Under the pieces are notes generated by a model. The model searched no databases, was not told where the DNA came from, and saw nothing but the letters and a program-made list of their open reading frames with translations. A program made the position numbers and the translations under genes. A stretch of DNA of 63,221 bases, filler included, from Octopus bimaculoides (taxonomy: Eukaryota): NCBI RefSeq assembly GCF_001194135.2. It is 5 parts of 5 records of this genome, joined end to end, with 100 filler letters (N's around TTAATTAATTAA, not from the genome) between each part and the next. Parts side by side here need not be neighbours in the genome. Positions count along the whole stretch, not along the records: positions 1 to 12,301 come from NC_068984.1; 4 more parts are not named here. One strand, given 5' to 3'. Below are positions 1-12,401 of the stretch, piece by piece (within the stretch, counting starts at the first letter, position 1; each line of letters begins with the position of its first letter).

Positions 1-37
<37 letters not shown>

Positions 38-119
38 GCATGTGTGTGCATGTGTGTGTGTGTATACATACATACAGAAAATCAGACAGACACAGATATG
101 CTTTTTTATTCAAAGAAGT

Positions 120-285
120 GCAAGTATGGATGTGTGGTTAAGGAGTCGTCTCAACCATGGGATTTCAGGTTCAGTCCTAGTGCACAGCATGCAGGATAAG
201 TGTCTTTACTATAGCCCCTGGCTCACTAAAACCTTATGAGTGGATTTGGCAGACAGAAACTAAGAGAAGCCTGTCATATATACCT
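120..285 (+). mobile_element. tRNA-derived SINE family A, decayed 5' half
   Basis: Homologous to intact copies (gccttgtgagtggatttggtagacggaaactgaaagaagcc motif), with many CpG-type changes. Confidence 0.75.
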
Positions 286-500
286 GTGTGCACAAGTTTG
301 TGTGTGTGAGTGTACATGAGTGTGTATTGATGCTTTGATATCTTGTCATTGCACATTAACTGTAAAACAATTAGGGTTTGGTGTCAAGACAAAGGGACAA
401 GTTGTGCAATCTGCACTAAAAACATTTCTGGCCATTGTGCAGTTCGCGTTCAAAGGACTAGGGGAAATATCTTGTCTGGAAACAATGTGAGATTTGGCTA

Positions 501-714
501 TACTCTCTTTTACTCTTTTAGTTGTTTCAGTCTTTTGACTGTGGCCATGCTGGAGCACCCCTTTTAGTCAAGCAAATCGACCCCAGGACTTATTCTTTGT
601 AAGCCTAGTACTTATTCTATCGGTCTCTTTTTGCCGAACCGCTAAGTTATGGGGGCGTAAACACACCAGCATCGGTTGTCAAGCAATGGTGGGGGGACAA
701 ACACAGACACACAA

Positions 715-761
<47 letters not shown>

Positions 762-914
762 TACGATGGGCTTCTTTCAGTTTCCGTCTACCAAATCCAC
801 TCACAAGGCTTTGGTCGGCCCGAGGCTATAGTAGAAGACACTTGCCCAAGGGGACTGAATCCGAAACCATGTGGTTGGTAAGCAAGCTACTTACCACACA
901 GCCACTTCTGTGCC
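501..914 (-). mobile_element. SINE family A, full length
   Basis: Reverse complement of 6614-7002: tRNA-like head, central (TA)n/(CA)n, and aagtaaaagagt tail. Confidence 0.9.
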
Positions 915-982
915 AATGTGCATAAAAAATGAGTTTCATCAAATTTTATCCAGCTCATGCAAGCATGGAGAAGAAGAAATTG

Positions 983-1182
983 ACCCTTTAGTATTCAGAT
1001 TACTCAGTCAAATGTAATGCTTACCCATTCACATTCTTTTGTTTGGATAAATCATGCATTATTTTGTATCTTTGAGATTTCAGTGATGTGAATGTTTATT
1101 TTTAGAATGACATTGTTGGGAAGGTGTGAGAAGCAAATCTGACCTGATCGAACATGAAACAAGTAGAATATTCAATCCAGAT
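983..1182 (+). mobile_element. piggyBac-type MITE (family 1), 3' end lost
   Basis: Homologous to 41899-42122 (ccctttagtattcagatt...aatgtaatgctta); ends at the RTE 3' UTR insertion. Confidence 0.65.
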
Positions 1183-1600
1183 ATCATCATCATCGTTGTT
1201 TAACATCCGCTTTCCATGCTAGCATGGGTTGGACGATTTGACTGAGGACTGGTGAAACCAGATGGCTACACCAGGCTCCAATCTGATTTGGCAGAGTTTC
1301 TACAGCTGCATGCCCTTCCTAATGCCAACCATTCCGAGAGTGTAGTGGGTGCTTTTACATGCCACCGGCACGAAGGCCAATCAGGCGGTACTGGCAATGG
1401 CCATGCTCAAAATGGTGCTTTTTACGTGCCACCTGCACAGGAGCCAGTCCAGTGGCACTGGCAACGATCTCGCTCGAATGTCTTTACACATGCCATCCGG
1501 CACAAGTGCCAGGAAGGCGATGATGGGCACAGGTGCCATGACGATTTCACTTTCGCTTGCCCCAACAGGTCTTCGCAAGCCGAGTTTCGTGTCCAATGAA
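1183..1600 (-). mobile_element. RTE LINE 3' UTR fragment with (GAT)n tail
   Basis: Reverse complement of 29640-30063. Confidence 0.88.
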
Positions 1601-2146
1601 GTGTTTAATGCTAAAGAGTTAAAAGAATGCTTCACAGGGTCAAGGGTAACTGGCCCAAGAGAGTGCCTATGTTTGCTCATAAGTACAAAGGAATCTAAAG
1701 CATAATATGTTACCAAGCCATACTCAATTGTGAGCGACAAATGGCTTGTAACATCAAAGATAAGTTGCTCATTTTCTTCACTATAGAGAGAATAGCTTGA
1801 ACAGAATGCAATTGATCTACCCTAATTTGCATAATGGTGCAGTTGTTGACAGCATTAATTAATTAATAAATCGAAGCACTACATAACATTCTAGATAAAC
1901 TGGGATACGATATAAAATTGCAGTATATGCTTTTAGCAATCATGTATTTATAGCTTTGCCATGAGAAGTAGATGGTGGGAGTTAAACCAGAGGTCAATTT
2001 TGTCTTTTGTGAAGGTAAATAGCCTAATGGTTAGACTATTCAGCTCATGCTTATAAGTTTGTGGGTTCAATTCCTGAACTGAGCAGCAAGATACGTCCTT
2101 GAGTAACACATTTCATTTCACATTGGGTCATGCAATCCAGCTTTAA

Positions 2147-2355
2147 CCCATTAGTATTTAAACTGGCCAATCCAGCCAAAATGTTCTATGTTCAAACTGA
2201 CCAGATCCAAGCTCTCACACCTACCCTACAATGTTATTCTACATTAAGTAATTACATCATGAAGAGCTTGAAGATACAGGATAATGCATGATTAATTGAA
2301 ATCAATGTGAATCAATAAGCATTAGATTTGATAGAATAATCGGTACACTAAAGGG
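2147..2355 (-). mobile_element. piggyBac-type MITE (family 1)
   Basis: TTAA|CCCATTAG...CTAAAGGG|TTAA; homologous to 17362-17569 and, inverted, to 41899-42122. Confidence 0.8.
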
Positions 2356-2551
2356 TTAAATGAGTTCCAGGCAGTTACTGATGCAGCCCTCACTTCCTCT
2401 AGCTGTTGAATCTTAAATGTCCTGCTGAGTCAATGGTGGGGGGACCCAAGAGGGTGTCATGACTACATTACTAAATGATACTCATTAATTTTTCATTTTC
2501 CTGACCACAGGGAAAAGAGTTACTTATAGATACTTATTGCATAGCTTAGAT

Positions 2552-2719
2552 CAGTGCTCTGCAACCGGTATGCTGCGGCACACTGGTATGCCATAGTGTA
2601 ACCTGAGTATAATTTTTATCCCTATACTTTTAGTTATATTTTTCAGTTTTGTGTGCCACCAAAGTTTCAAAAGAATAGAAGTGTACCACAAATGAAAAAA
2701 GGTCGGTTGTGGAGCAGTG
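2552..2719. mobile_element. hAT-type MITE
   Basis: Perfect 8-bp TSD gcttagat (2544-2551, 2720-2727) and imperfect TIRs cagtgctctgcaacc / ggttgtggagcagtg. Confidence 0.8.
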
Positions 2720-3299
2720 GCTTAGATAGAACTAAACTGGTTGGTCTTAATTTGCATAACAGTGCAATATTGACAATGGGAATGAATTAAATTATAAATA
2801 GAAGCACCACACAGCATTTTGGATAAACTCATATGCAATATAAATTTACAATATGTGATTTTAGTAAGCATGTTTTCAGCTTTGCAATGAAAAGTTGATG
2901 TTGGTGTTAAACCAGTTATTTTAATACTTCTTTTTTTTTTTTGTAGCTAGTAAAAATTATCTGCTTCACTAGTTTCAGCATATTTTATTACTTCATATGA
3001 GGTTGTTAACTCATGTACCTACTAAAGAATTGCAGAATACACTCTAAATGTAGTGGACTTCATAAGACACTCTGTAACTGGGTTGCAGATAGATAGTTAA
3101 TAGAAAAAAACATTTATCAGAAAATATATATATATATATATGTAATATATATTATATATAATATGTAATAAATAATGTAATATATATAATGTAATATAAT
3201 ATGTATATACACCATTATACAGAATGTGTATTTATGTATACACATGCAAGGTGTGTGTATATACACTTGCATTTTGTATGTGTATGTATATGTATAGGC

Positions 3300-3475
3300 A
3301 TGTAAAAAGCACCCACTATACGCTTGGAGTGGTTGGCATTAAGAAGGGCATCCAGCTGTAGAAACCTTGCCAGATCAGATTGGAGCCTGCTGCAGCCTCC
3401 TGGCTTACTAGTCCTCAGTCAAACTGTCCAACCCATGCTAGCATGGAAAGCAGACATTAAACAATGATGATGATG

Positions 3476-3478
<3 letters not shown>
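3300..3478 (+). mobile_element. RTE LINE 3' tail fragment
   Basis: aaaagcacccactat...ccaacccatgctagcatggaaagc followed by (GAT)n. Confidence 0.85.
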
Positions 3479-3533
<55 letters not shown>

Positions 3534-4295
3534 ATACATTGATCTACATGTACTCTTATCTGGGTTGAGGTGTAGTCACATAGATGCATATTTGCAGCAT
3601 ACAGCCAGCAAAAGAACTGAACATTGCAAGCATGGTACCTAACCATTCCTGACATCAGACACATTGAAATACCTAGATTCTAATCAATCCTACAACTGTT
3701 TCCACTGGCACAATTTAATCACAAGGCTTTTAATCTGCCTGGAGTTTATAGTAAGAGATTTGCCTGTGATATTGTGAAGTGGACTGAAGTAAAAATCACA
3801 TGGTTGGAAAGTTCTTAACTACACAGCAATGCCAGCACACACACACAGATAAACACACACACACACACACACACACATGCACAGATGATAATGGATTTGC
3901 ACCGGTGTAGATGGCACAAAAAGGACTCAATACTTTCAAGTAGAGTGCAAATGGTTTATCTGAGACCTATTGTGCATGGGTTGCTATTTAGAGTTTCTCA
4001 TTTTGTTCCTTGTTCCACTTATGTGTGTGCGAGAGTGTACACACACAAATACACACACACACACACACACGCACACGCACACACACACAAATAGATGAGT
4101 GTGAATGTGAGTGCGTGTGTGTTTATTGTTCTTTTCTTTTATAATTACATTGATACCTTCAGTTAAATTGTTTTATCTTTAGTTTTCTTTCACTGCTGGA
4201 AGTTTCCTGAAATATTACTCACCCCACCCCTATACCACTTTCATACACACACACACACACTGTTAAACATCCATAGCACATACACATGCACATAA

Positions 4296-4334
<39 letters not shown>

Positions 4335-6613
4335 TATATATATACATATATGCATGCCGGAGCCTGCTAGCTGGATGTTCTCTGAGTCACACTTTCACTG
4401 CACTCACCCTTTCTTCCTGTATTATTCTAACCCCCTTTAACTACACCTAACCACCTCTCCAATGACTGCCACCACCTCCACTACCACCACCACCACCATC
4501 ACCATCACCACCACCACTGCCGCTGCTACCATCTCCGCCACTGCCACCACCTCCACTACCACCATCACCGCCACCACCGCTGTCAAGTACTGCTGCCACT
4601 ATTGCCGCTACCACTGCCACTACTACTCAACCATCCCTACCGCAAGCTCCAGCACTACCATACAGCATCCATAACCCCCACCAGCTAATTGAACCATACC
4701 CGGATGTGATGGCTATTAAGCCAGAAGAGCCAATGAAAGCTTCATCAGAAAGCAACATCTCTCCAACAGCTGCTGCAGTTTCATACTGCAGCAGTTGCAC
4801 AGCAGCCAATCATGTCGCATGTTATTGATTATAGTGTGAGTGCACACATTAAGTGGCTGTATGGTCGGGCCGGGGTGGGGCAGTAACTCATCATGAGTTG
4901 ACTACAGCTGCCTCACCAAGGTAGGATGGGTTATGGGTTTACATGAGTGCGAATATTTCAGCTGGTCAGTTAGTTGGTTGGTGTGGGCGGCAGCCGGGTG
5001 TGGAGAGGGTTCCTTAGTGCAGCAGGATTTCTCTGATTTATGTACACCGACAATCAGCTACCGATTATGAGATGAATCTTTTGTGATGAGGCCAGCTTGT
5101 GGCTGCATGATTTTCACCTTCTGCCTTCATCCATCAGTCATTAGTCAGGTATCACCACTAGTTAGTAGTAGTGCTGTTTGCACCTTTATTGAAAAGGTCA
5201 ATCAAGTGCATGAGTCCCTACCATCAGTACACAGCTTCTTCATATCACAGTTCATTATGATATGCATTAGCTGAGTACCTATACAAACCAATAATGAAGC
5301 TTTTAATGTGGTTGTTCAACTTGCTAAACACGACAGTGTAATTACCTTCAAATCCTACCTTATCATCTTTAAAAAGGAAGAACACATTTGATAATATAAT
5401 GCAAGATACATTATACCTGAAAAAAAATATGATGGGATGGTCAAGGCTAGAACACATTTGATCATGTGACTGTTTAAAAAAGATTGACATAAAAGTGAAC
5501 AACAACAATAGCCTTGTAGCTATAAAGATATGTGGCAGAAGTTTCAATGGGTTATTTAGTCCTCATATGTATGGCATTCAGCGCCAGCTGCTGGTTGAAT
5601 ACATCATGGTTTTCAAATATGAAACTGCTAGACATAGGCAAATGGTCTCACTGCTCTGTGAGGGCCCAGTAAGAGCAAAATGTAAGCAAAGCCTGAAAGA
5701 TAGAAAATTAGGAGCAGATAGAAAATTAGGAGTTGTTCTACCCACAAGGCATTTTCTGGAAACTTCTGCAGCTCAACTAATATAAAAAGTTGTACACAGG
5801 GTTTTACTGTATAGGAAGAATGAAGGGGTTTTATAACAAAAAGAAATTTTTTTTCATGGTTTAGTCATAAAGGGAAGGGCTGCATCTTTGGTCTTTGTAG
5901 AGCCTCAGAGATTAGTGGTCTGAAGGTGAAACTATCCTCAAACCACAAACTTGACCTGCAGTTTTGTAACAGAACAGAGTGGATTCTGCTAAAGGTACTC
6001 AAAGGTCACAAGATACTAATAGTTCAGCCTGAGGCTGTAATGGAAGTGCTATGCAGTGAAACTGAACTCAAAACCTCAGACTTTCAAAGTGAACTTCTTA
6101 AACTTTTTGCAACTATATTTCTAAAGAAATATACATGTCTTTATTACAATTAATTTTTGAATATTATGAAAAATTTACAAAATTTACTGCATCAATTATT
6201 AAGCTGGTGTTTGAATTAACATGAAATTTTGATGGTAGGATTTTATTTAGATCACTTTGAAACTGTCTGGGGGCAGTCTCAAGTGAGTTGGTATCAAAAG
6301 GATTAAACATAGCACGATGGTGTTCCAGCATGACTGAAGCCGCATGGCTGAAATGAGTAAAAGGATAAAAGAAATACAGCCCTGACTACATTTATTATAA
6401 ATAATAAAATTGAAGGGGTTATAATCCCATGTCCAGAAAATTCACAGTAAGAAATTTCACCGCATAAGAAAATTTGCCATTAGACAAATCCACTGTAAGC
6501 ATATTATGTCAGCATTTTCTTAAATAAAAAAAAATGAATGGTAAGAAGTTTTATATAAAAGCATTAGATAGGCAAGCCTATATTCAACATCAAACATAAA
6601 AAAAATATAATGA

Positions 6614-7002
6614 GGCACAGGAGTGGCTGTGTGGTAAGTTAGCTTGCTTACTAACCACATGGTTCCGGGTTCAGTCCCACTGTGTGGCACCTTGGGCAAG
6701 TGTCTTCTACTATAGCCTCGGGCCGACCAAAGCCTTGTGTGTGGAATTGGTAGACGGAAACTGGAAGAAGCCCGTCGTATATATATATGTATGTGTGTTT
6801 GTGTGTCTGTTTTTGTCCCCCCACCAACGCTTGACAACCGATGCTGGTGTGTTTACGTCTCCATAACTTAGCGGTTCGGCAAAAAGAGAAATAAGTACTA
6901 GGCTTACAAAGAATAAGTCCTGGGGTCCATTTCCTCGACTAAAGGTGGTGCTCCAGCATGGCCGCAGTCAAATGACTGAAACAAGTAAAAGAGTAAAAGA
7001 GT
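6614..7002 (+). mobile_element. SINE family A, full length, young
   Basis: Box A/B-like head (tggctgtgtggtaag; ggttcagtccc), conserved body, aagtaaaagagtaaaagagt tail; CpGs retained. Confidence 0.92.
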
Positions 7003-7772
7003 AGATCATTTAAATGAAGTTTCTTGAAGTGAACTTTCCTTCAGCCAAAATGTTTATGGCGAAATTTCCTATAACCTTATAATCCAAGCTATGTTCTCAT
7101 GAAGCACGTGACTTTCGTATCTTTGTCTGAAGAATTATGGATAGGAGATTCCATACATGTTTTTTTTCTAAATGTATTCCTTTGAAACTCCTGTCCTGTA
7201 ATGGAACACATGTAATATAGAATTAAAAATGCACAATTATTCCAGTCTTTTGTTTAGATATGAATAATGCATATATATTTTTGTATTTATTCACGTGTCT
7301 GTCTATCTGCCAATCTATCAATCTACACATGCACATGCATGCACATGCATGCACATGTACACATACACATACACATGCACATACACATGCATATGCACCT
7401 ATAAACATTAAAAATAATTCATCCTTAATTCTCATATGAACAACAACACACAGACATACATGTGTGTGGGTGTGGGTGTGTTTATGTATGTATGCATATG
7501 TCTGTGTGTGTGTGTATGCAAGCGTATATTATAGTGACACAGATTTCATCTATGAATGCAGCAGAGAAACGATATGAGTTCAATTCAACACATGCATATT
7601 ATCTAGTTTCTGCGCATGCGAAACTAGTAACTGCGACAGAAATTTATTTTCAAACACTGACACAAAATGTACATATACATACCTACATTTATATTTATAC
7701 ACACACACACACATATATATATATATACATGCATATTCACACGCATATAAATATACATATATATATATATAT

Positions 7773-7813
<41 letters not shown>

Positions 7814-8174
7814 NNNNNNNNNNNNNNNNNNNNNNNNNNNNNNNNNNNNNNNNNNNNNNNNNNNNNNNNNNNNNNNNNNNNNNNNNNNNNNNNNNNNNNN
7901 NNNNNNNNNNNNNNNNNNNNNNNNNNNNNNNNNNNNNNNNNNNNNNNNNNNNNNNNNNNNNNATATATATATATAGCGATAATAACAATAATCCCTGGAT
8001 GGAATTTGTAGACCCCAAAATAACAGTAAGCATCATTAGATTGTGGCCAGCATAATGGAATAGGAGCTTTATTTGCATATTCGAAAGATTTCCCATAAAC
8101 AAATTTAAAAGATATGTATGTATATGTGTGTGTGTGCGTGCGTATGTATACGTGTATATGTATGTATGTGTGTG

Positions 8175-8214
<40 letters not shown>

Positions 8215-8245
8215 TACACACATACACACACACATACATATAAAC

Positions 8246-8460
8246 ATCGTCATCATCGTCGTCGTCGTCGTCATTTAACGTCCGCTTTCCATGCTAGTAT
8301 GGGTTGGATGATTTGACTGAGGACTGGCAAGCCAGAAGGCTGCACCAGGCTCCAATCTGATCTGGCAGAGTTTCTACAGCTGGATGCCCTTCCTAACGTC
8401 AACCACTCTGAGAGTGTAGTGGGTGCTTTTTACATGTCACCGGCACGAGGGCCAGTCACG
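8246..8460 (-). mobile_element. RTE LINE 3' tail fragment
   Basis: Reverse complement of the RTE 3' UTR, with a (CAT/CGT)n end. Confidence 0.87.
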
Positions 8461-9005
8461 CTAATGGGTTGAATGAATACCTATTATTAAAGAACTGTTT
8501 TCTAGTTGGATACCCTAACCCTACCCTTTTCACAACTAAGAAAGTTTCCACTCTACTCGACTCTGAAAGCACAGAGCTATCAGACAATTTATTTGCAGAA
8601 AAATAGCAAGAGAGACCCGCATCATAGCTCAGTGATTTTCCATACAATAACGGAATGTAATATCTTTACACAAACACATACATGTGGACATGCATGTATG
8701 CACACATATGGAATCGTTTTTGCATGCGTTTTGTCAACTAAGTTCACTCATAAGGCACTGGCCAGCCTGGGGCTGTTGTAGAAGACAGTTACTAAATCGA
8801 TGGGATTGAACCTGAAACCATGAAGTTGCAATGCAAACATCACAACCACACAGCCATGTCTGTGCCTACATACACAGACATACATACAATATTTTTCTGA
8901 CCATGTAGTGAACCATGTGTTTTTTGCTTGACCATCCATTCCTTTCTCCCTTTCATTTTTTCTGGACTTTCTTACACACACACAGACGCATGCACACACA
9001 CATAC

Positions 9006-9048
<43 letters not shown>

Positions 9049-9180
9049 NNNNNNNNNNNNNTATACACAAACACACACACATATACATAATTTTCATATA
9101 TGTATATGTAAATGTGTGTAGATATTTACATCTCTCTTTGTATATATATATGTGCGCGTGTATTTATCTCTTTCTCTCTG

Positions 9181-9218
<38 letters not shown>

Positions 9219-10124
9219 GTATGTATGTATGTATGTGTGTGTTTTATGTGATTTTGTGTTTGTGAGTATACACTCATGCACACACACACACACGAACACT
9301 TATACAGAAAACACACATAAACACAATATGTATGAAATACATAAAGACATGTATATTGAATCATGTGACTACTTAAGACTTAGATAGCCTCAGGAATCAA
9401 CTTTACGAAAAAAAAAACTAATACAGAAACAAACAAAAAAACCCAAACCCAACTACAAGAACATCTCTCGTTATAGTAGCTATATATCATTGCTGTTGAT
9501 GGATTTTTCTCTCTAACTGTCAGTAAGACAACATTATACTTTCTATTGCTGTTACAAGTGACAAAATCAATTCTGCACTCACATGCAACATATTTAAACA
9601 GATTAGACAATTAATAGTGAAACACCTGACAATAAAGCTGCAAGAGTAGTAACCATGTTTTAGCTGACTTTAAACCTCACTCCTTGCTGTTTTCACTATT
9701 CCACAATCCCCCCCCCCCCAACAACTCTCTATACACACCTCTGTTGCAATGGTTGCATTGTCTTTGAGGAATTTTTTTGGTATTGGAATAATATTCCACT
9801 TATTGAATTTATTGGAGTTTTTTCGTTTTGGTTGTTGGAAACTATATTCACAAGAGAACAAGGATCACTATGATGCTGTGGTATGGGTGTTTGGCATAGT
9901 GGTAGTTATGTTTTGATATAGCGGTATATATGTTGGATGTAGTAGTACATGTATTTGGTAAAGTGAAATGCATGTTTAGTATAGTGGTATATATGTTTGC
10001 TACAGTGGTATACATGCTTAATATAATGGTATGTGTGCTTAGCATGTTGGTATATATATCTGGTATAATGGTATGTGTGTTTTATATAGTAGTGTAAATG
10101 TTTTTGGTATTTTGATATGTGGTT

Positions 10125-10390
10125 AGCACTCCATCGCTTATGACGAGGGTTCCAGTTGATCCAATCAACGGAACAGCCTGCTCATGAAATTAACGTGCAA
10201 GTGGCTGAGCACTCCACAAACACGTGTACCTTTAACGTAGTTCTCGGGGATATTCAGCATGACACAGGGTGACAAGGCTGACCCTTTGAATTACAGGCAC
10301 AACAGAAACAGGAAGTAAGAGTGAGAGAAAGTTGTGGTGAAAGAGAACCAGCAGGGTTCGCCACCATCCCCTGCCGGAGCCTTGTAGAAC
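10125..10390 (-). mobile_element. SINE family B, cut by the N gap
   Basis: Reverse complement of 54107-54488. Confidence 0.88.
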
Positions 10391-11237
10391 NNNNNNNNNN
10401 NNNNNNNNNNNNNNNNNNNNNNNNNNNNNNNNNNNNNNNNNNNNNNNNNNNNNNNNNNNNNNNNNNNNNNNNNNNNNNNNNNNNNNNNNNNNNNNNNNNN
10501 NNNNNNNNNNNNNNNNNNNNNNNNNNNNNNNNNNNNNNNNNNNNNNNNNNNNNNNNNNNNNNNNNNNNNNNNNNNNNNNNNNNNNNNNNNNNNNNNNNNN
10601 NNNNNNNNNNNNNNNNNNNNNNNNNNNNNNNNNNNNNNNNNNNNNNNNNNNNNNNNNNNNNNNNNNNNNNNNNNNNNNNNNNNNNNNNNNNNNNNNNNNN
10701 NNNNNNNNNNNNNNNNNNNNNNNNNNNNNNNNNNNNNNNNNNNNNNNNNNNNNNNNNNNNNNNNNNNNNNNNNNNNNNNNNNNNNNNNNNNNNNNNNNNN
10801 NNNNNNNNNNNNNNNNNNNNNNNNNNNNNNNNNNNNNNNNNNNNNNNNNNNNNNNNNNNNNNNNNNNNNNNNNNNNNNNNNNNNNNNNNNNNNNNNNNNN
10901 NNNNNNNNNNNNNNNNNNNNNNNNNNNNNNNNNNNNNNNNNNNNNNNNNNNNNNNNNNNNNNNNNNNNNNNNNNNNNNNNNNNNNNNNNNNNNNNNNNNN
11001 NNNNNNNNNNNNNNNNNNNNNNNNNNNNNNNNNNNNNNNNNNNNNNNNNNNNNNNNNNNNNNNNNNNNNNNNNNNNNNNNNNNNNNNNNNNNNNNNNNNN
11101 NNNNNNNNNNNNNNNNNNNNNNNNNNNNNNNNNNNNNNNNNNNNNNNNNNNNNNNNNNNNNNNNNNNNNNNNNNNNNNNNNNNNNNNNNNNNNNNNNNNN
11201 NNNNNNNNNNNNNNNNNNNNNNNNNNNNNNNNNNNNN

Positions 11238-11268
<31 letters not shown>

Positions 11269-11459
11269 TTGACATTGTGGTATGTTTGTTTGGTTTAGTG
11301 GTATACATGTTTAATATAATGGTATATATGTTTGGTACAATGGTGTACGTGTCTGAAAAAGTGGTATACATGTTCACTATAATAGTATGTATATTTGGTA
11401 TAATGGTATATAAGTTTGAGATTATGATATCTATGTTGCATATTGTGACGTATATATTT

Positions 11460-11766
11460 GCTGTACTTGATAAGACACGTCAAGCTAAGTAAAATCGCTG
11501 TCTTCCATACATACGAGCTTGTCCTTTCAGGAGCCGGTGCCACATAAAACACACCTGTGTGGTGCTACATAAACAAACCCATGCCAGTGGCACATAATTA
11601 GCACCCAGCACACTCTGTGAAGTTGTTGGCATTAGGAAGGGCATCCCGCCATAGAAACCATGCTACAACAGACAATTGGAGTCTGGACAGTTCCCCAACT
11701 GGCCAGCTCCATGTCAAACCATCCAACCCATGCCAACATGGAAAACATACATTAAATGATGATGAT
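11460..11766 (+). mobile_element. RTE LINE 3' UTR variant
   Basis: gttggcattaggaagggcatcc...ccaacccatgccaacatggaaa followed by (GAT)n. Confidence 0.75.
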
Positions 11767-12301
11767 AAGGTGTGGAATAGAGGCATGTATATTTCATATA
11801 ACAGTCTATATGTTTGGTATAGTAGTATATATATTCTGTATATTGGTTTAGTTGTGCATATATTCAGTATAGTGGAATGCATGTTTGGCATAGTAGTATA
11901 TATATGTTTATTATAATGGTATGATATATGTTTAGTATAGAGGTACGGGTGTTTGGTATAGTAGTATGTGTGCTGCTGTAGTCAAATCTATGCTCACGAA
12001 AGTAGTATATATTTTCATTACAGTGGCATATATGCTTGGTATAGTGCTATGTATGTATAGTACATCATGTGGTATGGAGTATTTCATGTGGTGATATGAA
12101 ATGTGCATCCAAGTTTTGATTCCTCTCTATTATCAATCATGGTTTCATTTCACTTATATTGCTAATGATCTTTGGAAAGCTACTATCATTCTCTGAAGTG
12201 GTACATTCACAGATATCTCTCATTACAAACAATCAAATTATTTTAGTTATCATATTTCTCATTTGTATCAAGAAAATATTTATGATTTGTTTTCTTTTCA
12301 C

Positions 12302-12401
12302 NNNNNNNNNNNNNNNNNNNNNNNNNNNNNNNNNNNNNNNNNNNNTTAATTAATTAANNNNNNNNNNNNNNNNNNNNNNNNNNNNNNNNNNNNNNNNNNN
12401 N
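12302..12401. other. Artificial scaffold join N44-TTAATTAATTAA-N44
   Basis: Identical 100-bp spacer occurs four times; the linker has stops in all six frames. Confidence 0.9.

Larger units (their letters stand above)
9870..12100. repeat. Degenerate GT/TA-rich tandem array (about 20-25 bp unit like gtggtatatatgtttggtata), interrupted by a SINE, an N gap and an RTE tail
   Basis: Recurrent tggtatatatgtttggtatagt variants at 9870-10120, 11240-11455 and 11770-12100. Confidence 0.65.

Noticed and set aside
1252-1740. Three overlapping ORFs of 115-119 aa
   Set aside because: They lie in an RTE 3' UTR repeat; similar spurious ORFs occur at 29611-29890 and 40015-40321.
7462-8274. Long ORFs rich in YI/HT/CV/ER
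   Set aside because: Translations of dinucleotide microsatellites and N runs; the same applies to similar ORFs throughout the window.
10232-11377. ORFs of more than 300 aa (also 28206-29645 and 57230-57675)
   Set aside because: The length comes from N gaps read as X.
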